From Patescibacteria group bacterium (lineage in GTDB: Bacteria > Patescibacteriota > Minisyncoccia > Phycocordibacterales > UBA2100), in assembly GCA_038064835.1 (NCBI GenBank), contig JBBTSD010000007.1:4893-68892 (forward strand): 64,000 nucleotides of DNA, given 5' to 3'. Below are positions 19,373 to 28,578 of this stretch, one piece after another (positions within the stretch are counted from its first letter, which is position 1; each line of letters starts with the position of its first letter). The notes beneath the pieces were generated by a model. It made no database searches. It was not told the DNA's origin and saw only the letters and a program-made list of their open reading frames with translations. The position numbers and the translations under genes are program-made.

Positions 19373-19476
19373 TTTCCGTTAAAATGCATTTCCGCCAAAC
19401 ACGCCAAACACGACTGTATCAGAGGAAATATGGGTATGCTATAATTTTGACATTACAAAAGTAACATACATTTATT

Positions 19477-19935
19477 ATGATATCTGAAGGCGCCTTTAAA
19501 AAATTCGAGGATAGTGCGAGAGCCAGCACATCTCCTACTATGGAATCCCCCCGCCAGGCAGAGGCGCAGAGAAACTTGAATATACTCCAGGACCTTATTG
19601 CCCGAACTCGAACGATAGCAGAATCTTTACCTCCAACCGAGAGACGGGAAATGGCGCAAAAAATTTATACTGCATTTCGCCCAGTTAAAACATTGGATAC
19701 CTCTCATGCGTTAGGAGAAGTTGCTGTGAACTCAGAAGATATCAATCAAGTTCTGGATGTCATATATAATGTAAGCAAACGAAATTTCGAGGAATCGGGA
19801 ACCGTAGATAGTAAATTACCTAATTACGCTTTTCTTTTAAGAGAGTCGGTGCCAGAACTTACACGAGCGCCGGTAAAAGTCTCCGAGGCGGCTCGTGCGG
19901 CAACAGAGAATGCCGAAACCGGTCCGATGACATAA
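19477..19935 (+). CDS. Hypothetical protein
   Basis: 152-aa ORF; TGC-TATAAT promoter ~30 nt upstream. Confidence 0.65.
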   Translation: MISEGAFKKFEDSARASTSPTMESPRQAEAQRNLNILQDLIARTRTIAESLPPTERREMAQKIYTAFRPVKTLDTSHALGEVAVNSEDINQVLDVIYNVSKRNFEESGTVDSKLPNYAFLLRESVPELTRAPVKVSEAARAATENAETGPMT

Positions 19936-20103
19936 CGCGCCTTGAATCTCTCGCCAGAAATAGAGATAGTGCCGTGTTAAATCCCTCTCTACACAGGAGT
20001 GCTACGCTTCTATACGCCTATCTCTTTCGAATTCCTTACGGCTTCGACAACATGTAATACCTTGTTGCGACAGCATTCAAGCCCGTGCTATGATTGCCGC
20101 ACT

Positions 20104-21396
20104 ATGAAAAAAGTAGCGCGAACTCGCTCGGTCCGTATCAGCCCCGCTCTTCGTTCCCTCATCAAGAAAACAGTCGCTGAATCCGATTGGCTGCACCACC
20201 CCCCTCCAGGCCGCATCAATAATGGCTGGCCAGTATTTGACGAAAAGGAGGTCCTCCAAGCGCTCGACGCACTCCTCAATGTTCGCATTTCTCAAGGACC
20301 AAAAGTGAAACAATTCGAGGAAATGGCGGCGCGTTATGTAGGCACCCGTTTTGCTATCGCGTGCAATTCAGGATCTTCGGCAAATCTCCTTGCGCTCACG
20401 GCACTCGTAGCATCTGGGAAAGTAGCACCAGGCAGTGAAGTAATCCTCCCCGCGACAACATTCGCTACAGTTGCCTCACCAATTCTCCAGGCCGGTCTTG
20501 TGCCTGTCTATGTAGACATCGATGAAAATTCATGGAACATCGACCCTGCAGAGATCGAAAAAGCAATCGGCCCTAAAACACGCGTCATCATGCCTGTGCA
20601 TACTTTTGGCAATCCTGCCGACATGCCAACTATCATGCGTATCGCAAAGAAGCACGGGCTCATCGTGCTTGAAGATTGTTGCGAAGCGCACGGCGCCATG
20701 ATTGGTAAAAAGAAAGTCGGTTCCATCGGAGACATTTCAACCCTGTCTTTCTTTGTTGCGCACAACATCACCACGGGTGAAGGTGGTATGGTTTTCACAA
20801 ACGACCCCGCCATCGACGCCCTGCTTCGGTCACTCCGTGAATTCGGACGACTCCCTGAAGAAACCATGCGTGCACAGCGCTTCAACTATCCTGACGATGT
20901 TTTAAAAGGCTTTGACGCGCGCTACATTTTCACCCGGCTCGGATACAACCTCCGCATGACTGATATAACCGCGTCAATTGGTATCGAACAAATAAAGAAA
21001 CTCGATAGGCTTAACAAAAAGCGCCTCACCAATGTACGCGCCTATCTGAAAGCCCTCGCCCCTTTCGAAAAATACCTGGTGCTCCCCACTGTTGAGAAAA
21101 GCCATCTGCACAGCTTTTATGGTTTTCCATTCGTAATCCGCAAGGACGCACCATTCTCCAGAATGGATATGGTGAACTTCCTTGAGGAGCGTGGCATAGA
21201 GACACGACCTTTCTTTGGCGGATGCCTTCCTGATCAACCAGCTTTCCGCAACGAACCCAAACGGATCGTAGGCAATCTCTCGATCGCACGATGGACTCGT
21301 GACTATAGTATTTTCATCGGATGCCACGCCGCACTAACACCCGACCATGTGCGTCATGTCACCAATGCACTCAAGGATTTCCTTTCAAGATATTAA
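20104..21396 (+). CDS. DegT/DnrJ-family PLP/PMP enzyme with His at the catalytic Lys position (ColD/RfbH-type 3-dehydratase)
   Basis: NSGSSANLLA, EDCCEAHG, SFFVAHNITTGEGG, GYNLR, GIETRP. Confidence 0.85.
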   Translation: MKKVARTRSVRISPALRSLIKKTVAESDWLHHPPPGRINNGWPVFDEKEVLQALDALLNVRISQGPKVKQFEEMAARYVGTRFAIACNSGSSANLLALTALVASGKVAPGSEVILPATTFATVASPILQAGLVPVYVDIDENSWNIDPAEIEKAIGPKTRVIMPVHTFGNPADMPTIMRIAKKHGLIVLEDCCEAHGAMIGKKKVGSIGDISTLSFFVAHNITTGEGGMVFTNDPAIDALLRSLREFGRLPEETMRAQRFNYPDDVLKGFDARYIFTRLGYNLRMTDITASIGIEQIKKLDRLNKKRLTNVRAYLKALAPFEKYLVLPTVEKSHLHSFYGFPFVIRKDAPFSRMDMVNFLEERGIETRPFFGGCLPDQPAFRNEPKRIVGNLSIARWTRDYSIFIGCHAALTPDHVRHVTNALKDFLSRY

Positions 21397-21405
21397 ACGG
21401 GAGCT

Positions 21406-22347
21406 ATGAAAAAAGGCGCACGCATACTCGTCACCGGTGCCAGTGGCTTCCTGGGAAAACATGTGGTGTCTCTCCTGCTTGGGGAGGGTTATCATGTCAG
21501 CACTCTTGGACGCACCCCCTCGGCGCAAGGACTCCCCCATTTCCAAGCAGATCTCGGTCATGACACACCTGTAGACGCAGTCAGTACAATGGACGCCATA
21601 GTACATCTTGCCTGCGATGTGAGCATTGCTCGCTCCATCGAAAATCCAGACTCGCACATTGCAAACAATCTTGCGATGACACTCGCCATTTTACAGGCAT
21701 GCCGATCCTCTGTGCACAAACCGCTCGTGATTTTTCTCTCTACCGACCGCGTCTATGGCAAAGCGAGCGGACGCGTTACCGAACAATCGCCCACTTTCCC
21801 TATCGAACCATACACCGCATCCAAGATCATGGGCGAGGTCGCGCTTGCGACCTATGCAAATCAGTTTGGAATACCCTACATCGCGATTCGCGCAAGTGCC
21901 TTTTTTGGCCCACACCAACCGCGTAGAAGTTTTATTTCTGATGTCATTCAAAAAATGATTACTGAAGCCGTAGTTGTTGTCGGTCCTTTAAAGTCGGTGA
22001 AGAATTTTACCTATGTGGAGAATGTGGCGTACGCCGTCCTCGCCGCTCTTAAAGCACCTCGTTCAGCACACAATCGTACATACAATGTTGGTGGAAAGCC
22101 GGTCGCTCTCTCGCGGGTTCTCGCGCTCAGCAAGACGATTCTCGAAAAGCGCCTCGGCAAGAAAATTCGTATGCGCACAGATCGATCAATTCGTTTACCA
22201 CAACAGAACGAGATTGGCCCCTTTACACTTTCTACCGCATCGGCCCACAAAACACTTCGGTGGAAAGAGAGAACTCCCCTCAAGGCAGGTCTTGAGAAAA
22301 CAATTGACTACTTCTTAGAAATCTTCTTAACACCTGAAAACCAGTAG
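21406..22347 (+). CDS. NAD-dependent epimerase/dehydratase/reductase
   Basis: TGASGFLG, HLA, YTASK. Confidence 0.85.
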   Translation: MKKGARILVTGASGFLGKHVVSLLLGEGYHVSTLGRTPSAQGLPHFQADLGHDTPVDAVSTMDAIVHLACDVSIARSIENPDSHIANNLAMTLAILQACRSSVHKPLVIFLSTDRVYGKASGRVTEQSPTFPIEPYTASKIMGEVALATYANQFGIPYIAIRASAFFGPHQPRRSFISDVIQKMITEAVVVVGPLKSVKNFTYVENVAYAVLAALKAPRSAHNRTYNVGGKPVALSRVLALSKTILEKRLGKKIRMRTDRSIRLPQQNEIGPFTLSTASAHKTLRWKERTPLKAGLEKTIDYFLEIFLTPENQ

Positions 22348-23042
22348 TGAAAAATGCCCCAGATATACCAGTAGAGGTATGCACCAATCCATCCAAAGAA
22401 CGCGAACCGCGAAGTACCTTCCGTTCGTTCGGTCCACATAACAGGGACCTCAGAAATGTGCTCCCCTTTGAGATGTGCTTTGAGTGTGAGCTCGAGCACG
22501 CATGTAAAACCGCGCGTTGATTCTATTGGTGTAACTTGCAAAAATGAAGTGCGAAAAAGCTTTGTTGCATAGGTCGCATCATGCGCTGGTAACCCAACCA
22601 AAAAGTGGAGTGAGAGCCCGGCCATGCGCGACAAAAAACCTTTGAGAAAGTTGCCTCCATGATGGGATCCGCCGCGCATATAGCGTGATGCCGCAACCAC
22701 AGCGGCGTCGGTCTCGTTCATGCACTCGACCATAGCATCTATTTTCTCTACCACTTCAACCGGATCATCTACCATCAGCAGGAGCGTTTTTGGTGCTTCC
22801 GCTACCCGAAAACCTGTCTTAATCGCAGGGAGCACGCCTCGGCCATCATTCTGGACCAAACAAATTCTTTTGTCCTTTTCAGCGAGCGGCCTTGCGGCTG
22901 CAAGCGTCGTGTCTTCGGGCAGGTCATAGACGAGTATCAGGCGCCACTCGGTATGCACAAGTCGAGAGAGGTGCCCATAGAGCACCTCAAAGTTCTCACG
23001 CTCGTTATATACAGGAACAACAATATCAAGGTCGCTCGTCAT
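22308..23042 (-). CDS. GT2 polyprenol-phosphate glycosyltransferase (DPM1/GtrB-like, divergent DxD)
   Basis: VVPVYNERE, ASRYMRGG, EVPVMWTERTEGTS. Confidence 0.8.
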   Translation of the reverse strand: MTSDLDIVVPVYNERENFEVLYGHLSRLVHTEWRLILVYDLPEDTTLAAARPLAEKDKRICLVQNDGRGVLPAIKTGFRVAEAPKTLLLMVDDPVEVVEKIDAMVECMNETDAAVVAASRYMRGGSHHGGNFLKGFLSRMAGLSLHFLVGLPAHDATYATKLFRTSFLQVTPIESTRGFTCVLELTLKAHLKGEHISEVPVMWTERTEGTSRFAFFGWIGAYLYWYIWGIFHYWFSGVKKISKK

Positions 23043-23089
23043 CGAGCGCATGGTAGCACGCGATGAATGAATGCAATATACTCACCCCC

Positions 23090-25264
23090 ATGCATATTTC
23101 GATTGAGCGTGTCTTTGCGGTTTTGTTTGTAGCCGCCTCTCTGCTTGCGCAGGTAGCCGCACGGGCGACGACACATCTCGGTGTTCCAGAATCTCCACTC
23201 CAGGCGTTTTACCTGCAAGGATTTGCCGGCACACTCGCAGAAGCGAGTGTATTTTTGTTTGTTGTTGGTGCGTGTTTTGGAGCCTATGCGTTTTCAGAAA
23301 GCTTCCGCACCACAATACAAAGAACCTCCGCACAGGTTGATGGATATCTCCGCACATGCTCGTTGTCGCATTACGCTCTCATTTCGTTTTGCGCTACCGC
23401 CACAGTCCTCTTTCTGTTAAATGCGCCAGGTATTCTCTATGGCACATTTATGATTGACGACTACAAAATGTACGCTATCGCGACAGAGTCGAGCGCTTGG
23501 GATCTTGTGTGGACTCCAATCAACGACCATGTCATCCCCCTCTTCTGGCTTGAGCTGAAAGCACTTTTCGCCATCATTGGTGCACATCCACCGTTCTTAA
23601 ACTTTCCTCTTTTCCTCCCTGCTGTGCTCGCAATTGGTGGAATCGCCGTGCTCTTGCGACAACTCAAATTCGGTCCAGATACTCTTTTCATTTTTCTTGG
23701 CCTCTTTGCAACAACGACCATCGTGAGCCACCAACTGTATGGCTTCTACGCGGTCGCACCCTATTTCCAAGTACTCGCCACCTTTGTCCTGTCACTCATA
23801 TTTTTCGTGAAGGCGCAGGAGGGACTGCGTTTTACACACATATACCAAACACTTTCGTTTGTTCTGGTGGGGATGTCACTGCTCATTGAAAGTGGGGGTG
23901 TGTGGACACCTGTAGCTTACACACTTTTTATATATGCCTTTCACATCCTTCAAACGAACAAGTGGGGTATCCGAGGACTGCTCAGAGCGTATGCGTGGCA
24001 ACTGTTCGCGACAAGTATCATCACATTCTCCTATCTTGCCTACCTTGTGGTGCTCCCCCGCTACACCACAGAGTCTTTCTTTGGATTTAGTCGCCTACCC
24101 ATATCGTTTGACACTATCGTCCAGTTTTATCATGTCCTCACTGCAGGCACTCTGCTTTCTCTCTTTGCCCCGCGACTCGGCCTTGTGGTAAGCCAACCAC
24201 GACTTTTAAGCCTTATCGTACCGTGGCATGTTGCCATGTTCGTCCTTTTTTGTGCATTCACTGCACTTGTTATATACACCTTGCGCAAAGGCACTACACA
24301 AGCTCGAGTGCTGGTACCATACTTCACACTCGTTATGTGTGGCACCGCACTGCTTGTCGCCATTGCGCGTCCAAGCTCAAACCCTGCAGCTTTTTTTCGT
24401 GACCAAAATCTGCTCTTCCCGCTTTTTTTTCTCGCGATTGCCCTCACTACACATGCGCACGAATGGGTACGCAGTGCGCCAACCGAGAGGATTCGACACG
24501 CCCGCACCGCCACAACAATCGCATTTCTCGCTATTGTATTCGTTGCACAGCATGTATTTTCATTCTACAAACAGCAGTATGTGGACGACCTTACCTTCAA
24601 CCAATCTCTTACTAGTCGTTTGCAGGAGACACTTGTGCCAGCCCTTAATGAACTCTCGGCATCATCCTCGCCGCTTGTCATCCCATCATTGGGCCCGCTC
24701 TTTCTTAACGGAGGTTTCCATCAACTTCCACCACTTGCCGACTTTTCCTCTTTCATAGGAATCAACAATGTGCAGTGGTTACCAATGCATCAAGGGCCAT
24801 ATATCGCTTCGACTTCTCCCTTGTTTATCGAAGCCCTTACAAGCGACGATCGCCTCCGCGCATGGTATCTCGCAAATGGCGAGATACCGGAACTATGCAC
24901 TTCGAAGATATCTGACAACAACTCACTCTCTGCAACTGCTGACAAACCTGTTCGCATCGCCACAACGATTGATCCTGAAAGAGCCCATATATTGCATTTC
25001 GACCTCGAGGCGCGTGATGCTTCCGAAAAGATTTTTGTCGAGCTTTCGTTCAAAAACGACTTCTCTGCAACGGGAACCCGCGCCTACATTCGACTTGATC
25101 AGTACACCAAGCGTATTGATACCCCAGAAAGGAGGTACGCGTGCACTGTCGACCTAAACGAGATACCCGCCTTTGCTCTCTCTAAAAAGGTTCGTAACAT
25201 TACTTTCACAGTGACAAGTCCTGGTGAATATCATCTCAACAGCACCAGTATCAGCCCGCGCTAG
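23090..25264 (+). CDS. Polytopic membrane protein, probable GT-C (GtrC-like)
   Basis: >12 TM helices, IDDY acidic pair and NDHVIP in the first large loop, C-terminal beta-rich domain; inferred. Confidence 0.55.
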   Translation: MHISIERVFAVLFVAASLLAQVAARATTHLGVPESPLQAFYLQGFAGTLAEASVFLFVVGACFGAYAFSESFRTTIQRTSAQVDGYLRTCSLSHYALISFCATATVLFLLNAPGILYGTFMIDDYKMYAIATESSAWDLVWTPINDHVIPLFWLELKALFAIIGAHPPFLNFPLFLPAVLAIGGIAVLLRQLKFGPDTLFIFLGLFATTTIVSHQLYGFYAVAPYFQVLATFVLSLIFFVKAQEGLRFTHIYQTLSFVLVGMSLLIESGGVWTPVAYTLFIYAFHILQTNKWGIRGLLRAYAWQLFATSIITFSYLAYLVVLPRYTTESFFGFSRLPISFDTIVQFYHVLTAGTLLSLFAPRLGLVVSQPRLLSLIVPWHVAMFVLFCAFTALVIYTLRKGTTQARVLVPYFTLVMCGTALLVAIARPSSNPAAFFRDQNLLFPLFFLAIALTTHAHEWVRSAPTERIRHARTATTIAFLAIVFVAQHVFSFYKQQYVDDLTFNQSLTSRLQETLVPALNELSASSSPLVIPSLGPLFLNGGFHQLPPLADFSSFIGINNVQWLPMHQGPYIASTSPLFIEALTSDDRLRAWYLANGEIPELCTSKISDNNSLSATADKPVRIATTIDPERAHILHFDLEARDASEKIFVELSFKNDFSATGTRAYIRLDQYTKRIDTPERRYACTVDLNEIPAFALSKKVRNITFTVTSPGEYHLNSTSISPR

Positions 25265-26394
25265 CGTCGTCGGAAAACAATAATCCGGTACGCGAAAAAA
25301 TTCGTGCCTGCAATCACAACGCCTGCAAGGATCGCCGCGATAAGGTAAGGGATTCGAAGGAACTCGACTGAAAACCACATGATGGCGAGATTCATAAAAA
25401 AATTAACACCCACAACGCACAGGTACAGTGCAAATTGGACATGTGTCTGAGAAATGTCTCGTTCGCGGAAAGTGAAAAACTTGTGAAGCAAGAAACTCAC
25501 CATGAGTGCTGCCCCGAGTGATATGGCAGAGGCGTGCAAGTAGTAAAATCCTCCAAACTCCACCAATGTGTATAAAGTTACTAGATTTGTCGCTGCGGCA
25601 GTTAAACCGGATATGATGTAACGCACTAGCTGTGCTATGGGCATATAGAAAACGCTCTTCAAGAGATTCTTGCCGAGATGCAAAATGCTCGGCGGCAAGA
25701 CGCCGAGGAATGGAACCACAAGTCGCCAGCGCTCGGAATAGTAGGTGAATAGAAACGGGTGTATTAAAGCAAGTGCCTTGTCGTGTCCTGAACGAATTTC
25801 TTCTAGAAGTTTGGGGTACTGTGGGAGACTATCTCGATGTATGTACAATAAAATATTTTGCTGGTAGAAAAATGAAATGAGTGAGTTACCCCACAAGTGG
25901 CGACGCAATGCATCGACAGGTACATAACCATGGGCTGCGAACTTTTTCTCCCAGTACTCCGGCCACTGCTCATTTACATGGCGAGACCCCCCCTGCAAAG
26001 GAATAGCGGCAGAAAAAAGCACAATCCGAGCAGCGGTCGTCAGGGTTTCGATAAGCATATCAGCAACAGATGCGGGCAAATGTTCGGCAACTTCCAAACA
26101 AACCGCCAAATCGAATGATCGATCGAATGCTATTGGCTTCTCCAAGTCAGTTGCACGGAAGCGTGCTTGTGGAAAAACAAGCTTCTCGCGTTCTACATAG
26201 TCGCCATCGTAGCCCACCACATCCTCAATACCATGCTCTATAAACGCTTTGAGCCAAAGCCCTCTCCCGCAACCAATATCGACTACACTTTTAGGCTGTA
26301 CCAAATCAAGAACGAGCGGCACTACCGCCCGCGCAGAGACAAGATTTGACTTGTCCATTTCGTCAAAGAAAACTTGGTCGTATGAGCCCGTCAT
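25261..26394 (-). CDS. Class I SAM methyltransferase fused to a C-terminal GtrA-like 4-TM domain
   Basis: VDIGCGRG, CLEVAEHL, HVNEQW; C-terminus QLVRYIISG...SFLLHKFFTF...NFFAYRIIVF. Confidence 0.85.
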   Translation of the reverse strand: MTGSYDQVFFDEMDKSNLVSARAVVPLVLDLVQPKSVVDIGCGRGLWLKAFIEHGIEDVVGYDGDYVEREKLVFPQARFRATDLEKPIAFDRSFDLAVCLEVAEHLPASVADMLIETLTTAARIVLFSAAIPLQGGSRHVNEQWPEYWEKKFAAHGYVPVDALRRHLWGNSLISFFYQQNILLYIHRDSLPQYPKLLEEIRSGHDKALALIHPFLFTYYSERWRLVVPFLGVLPPSILHLGKNLLKSVFYMPIAQLVRYIISGLTAAATNLVTLYTLVEFGGFYYLHASAISLGAALMVSFLLHKFFTFRERDISQTHVQFALYLCVVGVNFFMNLAIMWFSVEFLRIPYLIAAILAGVVIAGTNFFAYRIIVFRRR

Positions 26395-26487
26395 GGGTGC
26401 CAGTATACCCCCACACTGCCCTTGTCCAAAACAAACAGTTGCCGACAACAATTGTATTTATCTGCGCTCACCCGCTATACTTCGAGT

Positions 26488-28254
26488 ATGTGTGGCATCA
26501 TCGGAATAGTTGGGCATGAGCGAGATTCTCGTGAAAAAGCTATAGCGGGAGCGCTCCCCACTCTTGGCAAAAGAGGTCCCGACGACAGCGCTGTGGCCAC
26601 ATTTCAAAATGCGACATTCGGTCACACCCGTCTTTCAATTATCGACCTTACAAGCGGAGCCCAGCCTATGAAGGACAACGCTCGCGACCTCACCATCACC
26701 TTTAACGGCGAGATATTTAATTACAAGGAACTACGAAATACACTTGAAAAATCTGGCCACCGATTTTCTACCACCTCAGATACCGAAGTAATACTCAAGG
26801 CATATTCAGAGTACGGCGACGCGTGCCCCAGATATCTTGATGGTCAGTTTGCCTTTGCCATCTGGGATAATCCGAAATCGCGACTGTTTCTCGCACGCGA
26901 CCGATTTGGTGAAAAACCACTGTTTTACAGCCACGCCCACGATGCTTTTTTATTCTCCTCGGAAATAAAAGCACTCCTCGCGACAGGGTTGGTCGAAAAA
27001 ACTCTTGACAGGGTCTCTTTCGATAATTACCTAGCCCTCTACTTCATCCCGCCCTGGCGCAGTGCGTACAAAAACATCACTCCACTCCTCCCTGCGCACA
27101 CCGCCGTATTTGAAAATGGGCGCCTCACGACCACTCGCTACTGGAAGCTCACTCGCAAAGAAAATACTAGTTCCTACAATGATGCCGCAGACTACATACG
27201 CGACATGCTCACAAAGTCCGCACAGAGCCGTATGGTCGCCGATGTTGAGGTGGGTGTATTTCTATCCGGCGGTATCGACTCGAGTATCGTAACAGCACTC
27301 GCCCAAAAGACTGCCGGCCGAAAACTTAAATCATTCTCCGCGGGCTTTGATGAACATATAAACGAACTTCCCTATGCGCGGGAAGTTGCGCTCCATGTCG
27401 GTTCAGATCATTACGAACGCAACATTCAGGTTTCGCTCGAAGATATTCGGGAAACGACACGGTACTACGACGAACCTCTTGGTGACTCATCAAATATCCC
27501 TACCGCTCTCATATCCAAACTTGCGCGAGAGAAAGTGAAGGTGGTGCTTTCCGGAGATGGCGGCGATGAGCTTTTTTTTGGGTACGGACACTACCGGGCA
27601 CATTGGCATCTGCCAAAAGTAAAAAAAATAGTGAGCCTCCTTCTGCGCTACACCCCAGACACTCTCTACAAACGCAGTCATCTCAGTATGTTTTCTCTGC
27701 GCGAGCGAACAAAACTTGCACTCGACTCCAGTCATATCGAGAACGACCTTACTGCACACCTGGATCTTTCTGAGGCAGAAACCCCTCTTCAGAAAATATG
27801 CTTGCTTGATATGTATCTCAAGCTCCCCGGTGACATGCTTACCAAAGTGGACCGATCTTCAATGATGCACTCTTTGGAAGTACGGAGTCCATTTCTCAAC
27901 CATAAACTTGCGGAGTTTGCCTTTAACCTTCCTGATGACTACAAGACAACACGAACGCAAGGGAAAATAATTTTAGAGACCGCTTGTGGCGATTTTCTGC
28001 CTAAAAGCGTATTCACTCGAAAGAAGCAGGGGTTTGGAGCGCCGGTCAAACACTGGCTTAAAGAAAAGCCTGTGCAGGCACTTGTTACCGAACTATTTAA
28101 AGACCCTCGTACGGCATTCTTGTTTAATGCCGATGTACTACGCGGTCATATAGATGCGTTCTATTCTGGCAACGACTCTTTGAGCTACAAAACCTGGATG
28201 CTCTTTGCACTTGAGCTTTGGATGCGCGAGCATGGTGATGGATACAATCTTTAA
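26488..28254 (+). CDS. asnB: Second asparagine synthase-like amidotransferase
   Basis: MCGIIG, RGPDD, NGEIFN, LSGGIDSS, SGDGGDELFFGY, KVDRSSM. Confidence 0.93.
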   Translation: MCGIIGIVGHERDSREKAIAGALPTLGKRGPDDSAVATFQNATFGHTRLSIIDLTSGAQPMKDNARDLTITFNGEIFNYKELRNTLEKSGHRFSTTSDTEVILKAYSEYGDACPRYLDGQFAFAIWDNPKSRLFLARDRFGEKPLFYSHAHDAFLFSSEIKALLATGLVEKTLDRVSFDNYLALYFIPPWRSAYKNITPLLPAHTAVFENGRLTTTRYWKLTRKENTSSYNDAADYIRDMLTKSAQSRMVADVEVGVFLSGGIDSSIVTALAQKTAGRKLKSFSAGFDEHINELPYAREVALHVGSDHYERNIQVSLEDIRETTRYYDEPLGDSSNIPTALISKLAREKVKVVLSGDGGDELFFGYGHYRAHWHLPKVKKIVSLLLRYTPDTLYKRSHLSMFSLRERTKLALDSSHIENDLTAHLDLSEAETPLQKICLLDMYLKLPGDMLTKVDRSSMMHSLEVRSPFLNHKLAEFAFNLPDDYKTTRTQGKIILETACGDFLPKSVFTRKKQGFGAPVKHWLKEKPVQALVTELFKDPRTAFLFNADVLRGHIDAFYSGNDSLSYKTWMLFALELWMREHGDGYNL

Positions 28255-28278
28255 TTTACCACTTGCCTCATTATGCAG

Positions 28279-28307
28279 ATACTCCACTGGATGTGGAGTA
28301 TTGTTTT
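28279..28307 (+). terminator. Intrinsic terminator between asnB2 and a convergent small ORF
   Basis: ATACTCCAC-tggat-GTGGAGTAT-TGTTTT. Confidence 0.65.
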
Positions 28308-28329
28308 GAATAGACACAGAGCCGTCGTC

Positions 28330-28437
28330 TTATCCCACCACGAGGTGGTACCCACCAACAAGGAGCATATATCCGAGTATTACAAATGTCAGAAATACCC
28401 ATATTTTGTAGGAATCATCCTTGCTCTTCTCGCTCAT
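28330..28437 (-). CDS. 35-aa single-TM peptide MSEKSKDDSYKIWVFLTFVILGYMLLVGGYHLVVG
   Basis: GGAG 9 nt upstream, charged N-terminus plus hydrophobic helix, hairpin downstream. Confidence 0.5.
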   Translation of the reverse strand: MSEKSKDDSYKIWVFLTFVILGYMLLVGGYHLVVG

Positions 28438-28578
28438 TACTCACATCTCCATGTTTACAACACCATCTATTCCTGTAAGACCGTAACCTGAAATATGACA
28501 AGAAACAACTTCGCAGGGCCGAACTCCTTCACGCTTTGCTCACTTATCGAAAACCGATATAATACTGGTCATACTCTT

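Noticed and set aside
28273-28491. 72-aa + strand ORF from the track
   Set aside because: Runs through the asnB2 terminator, has no start signal, and the minus-strand TM peptide explains the region better
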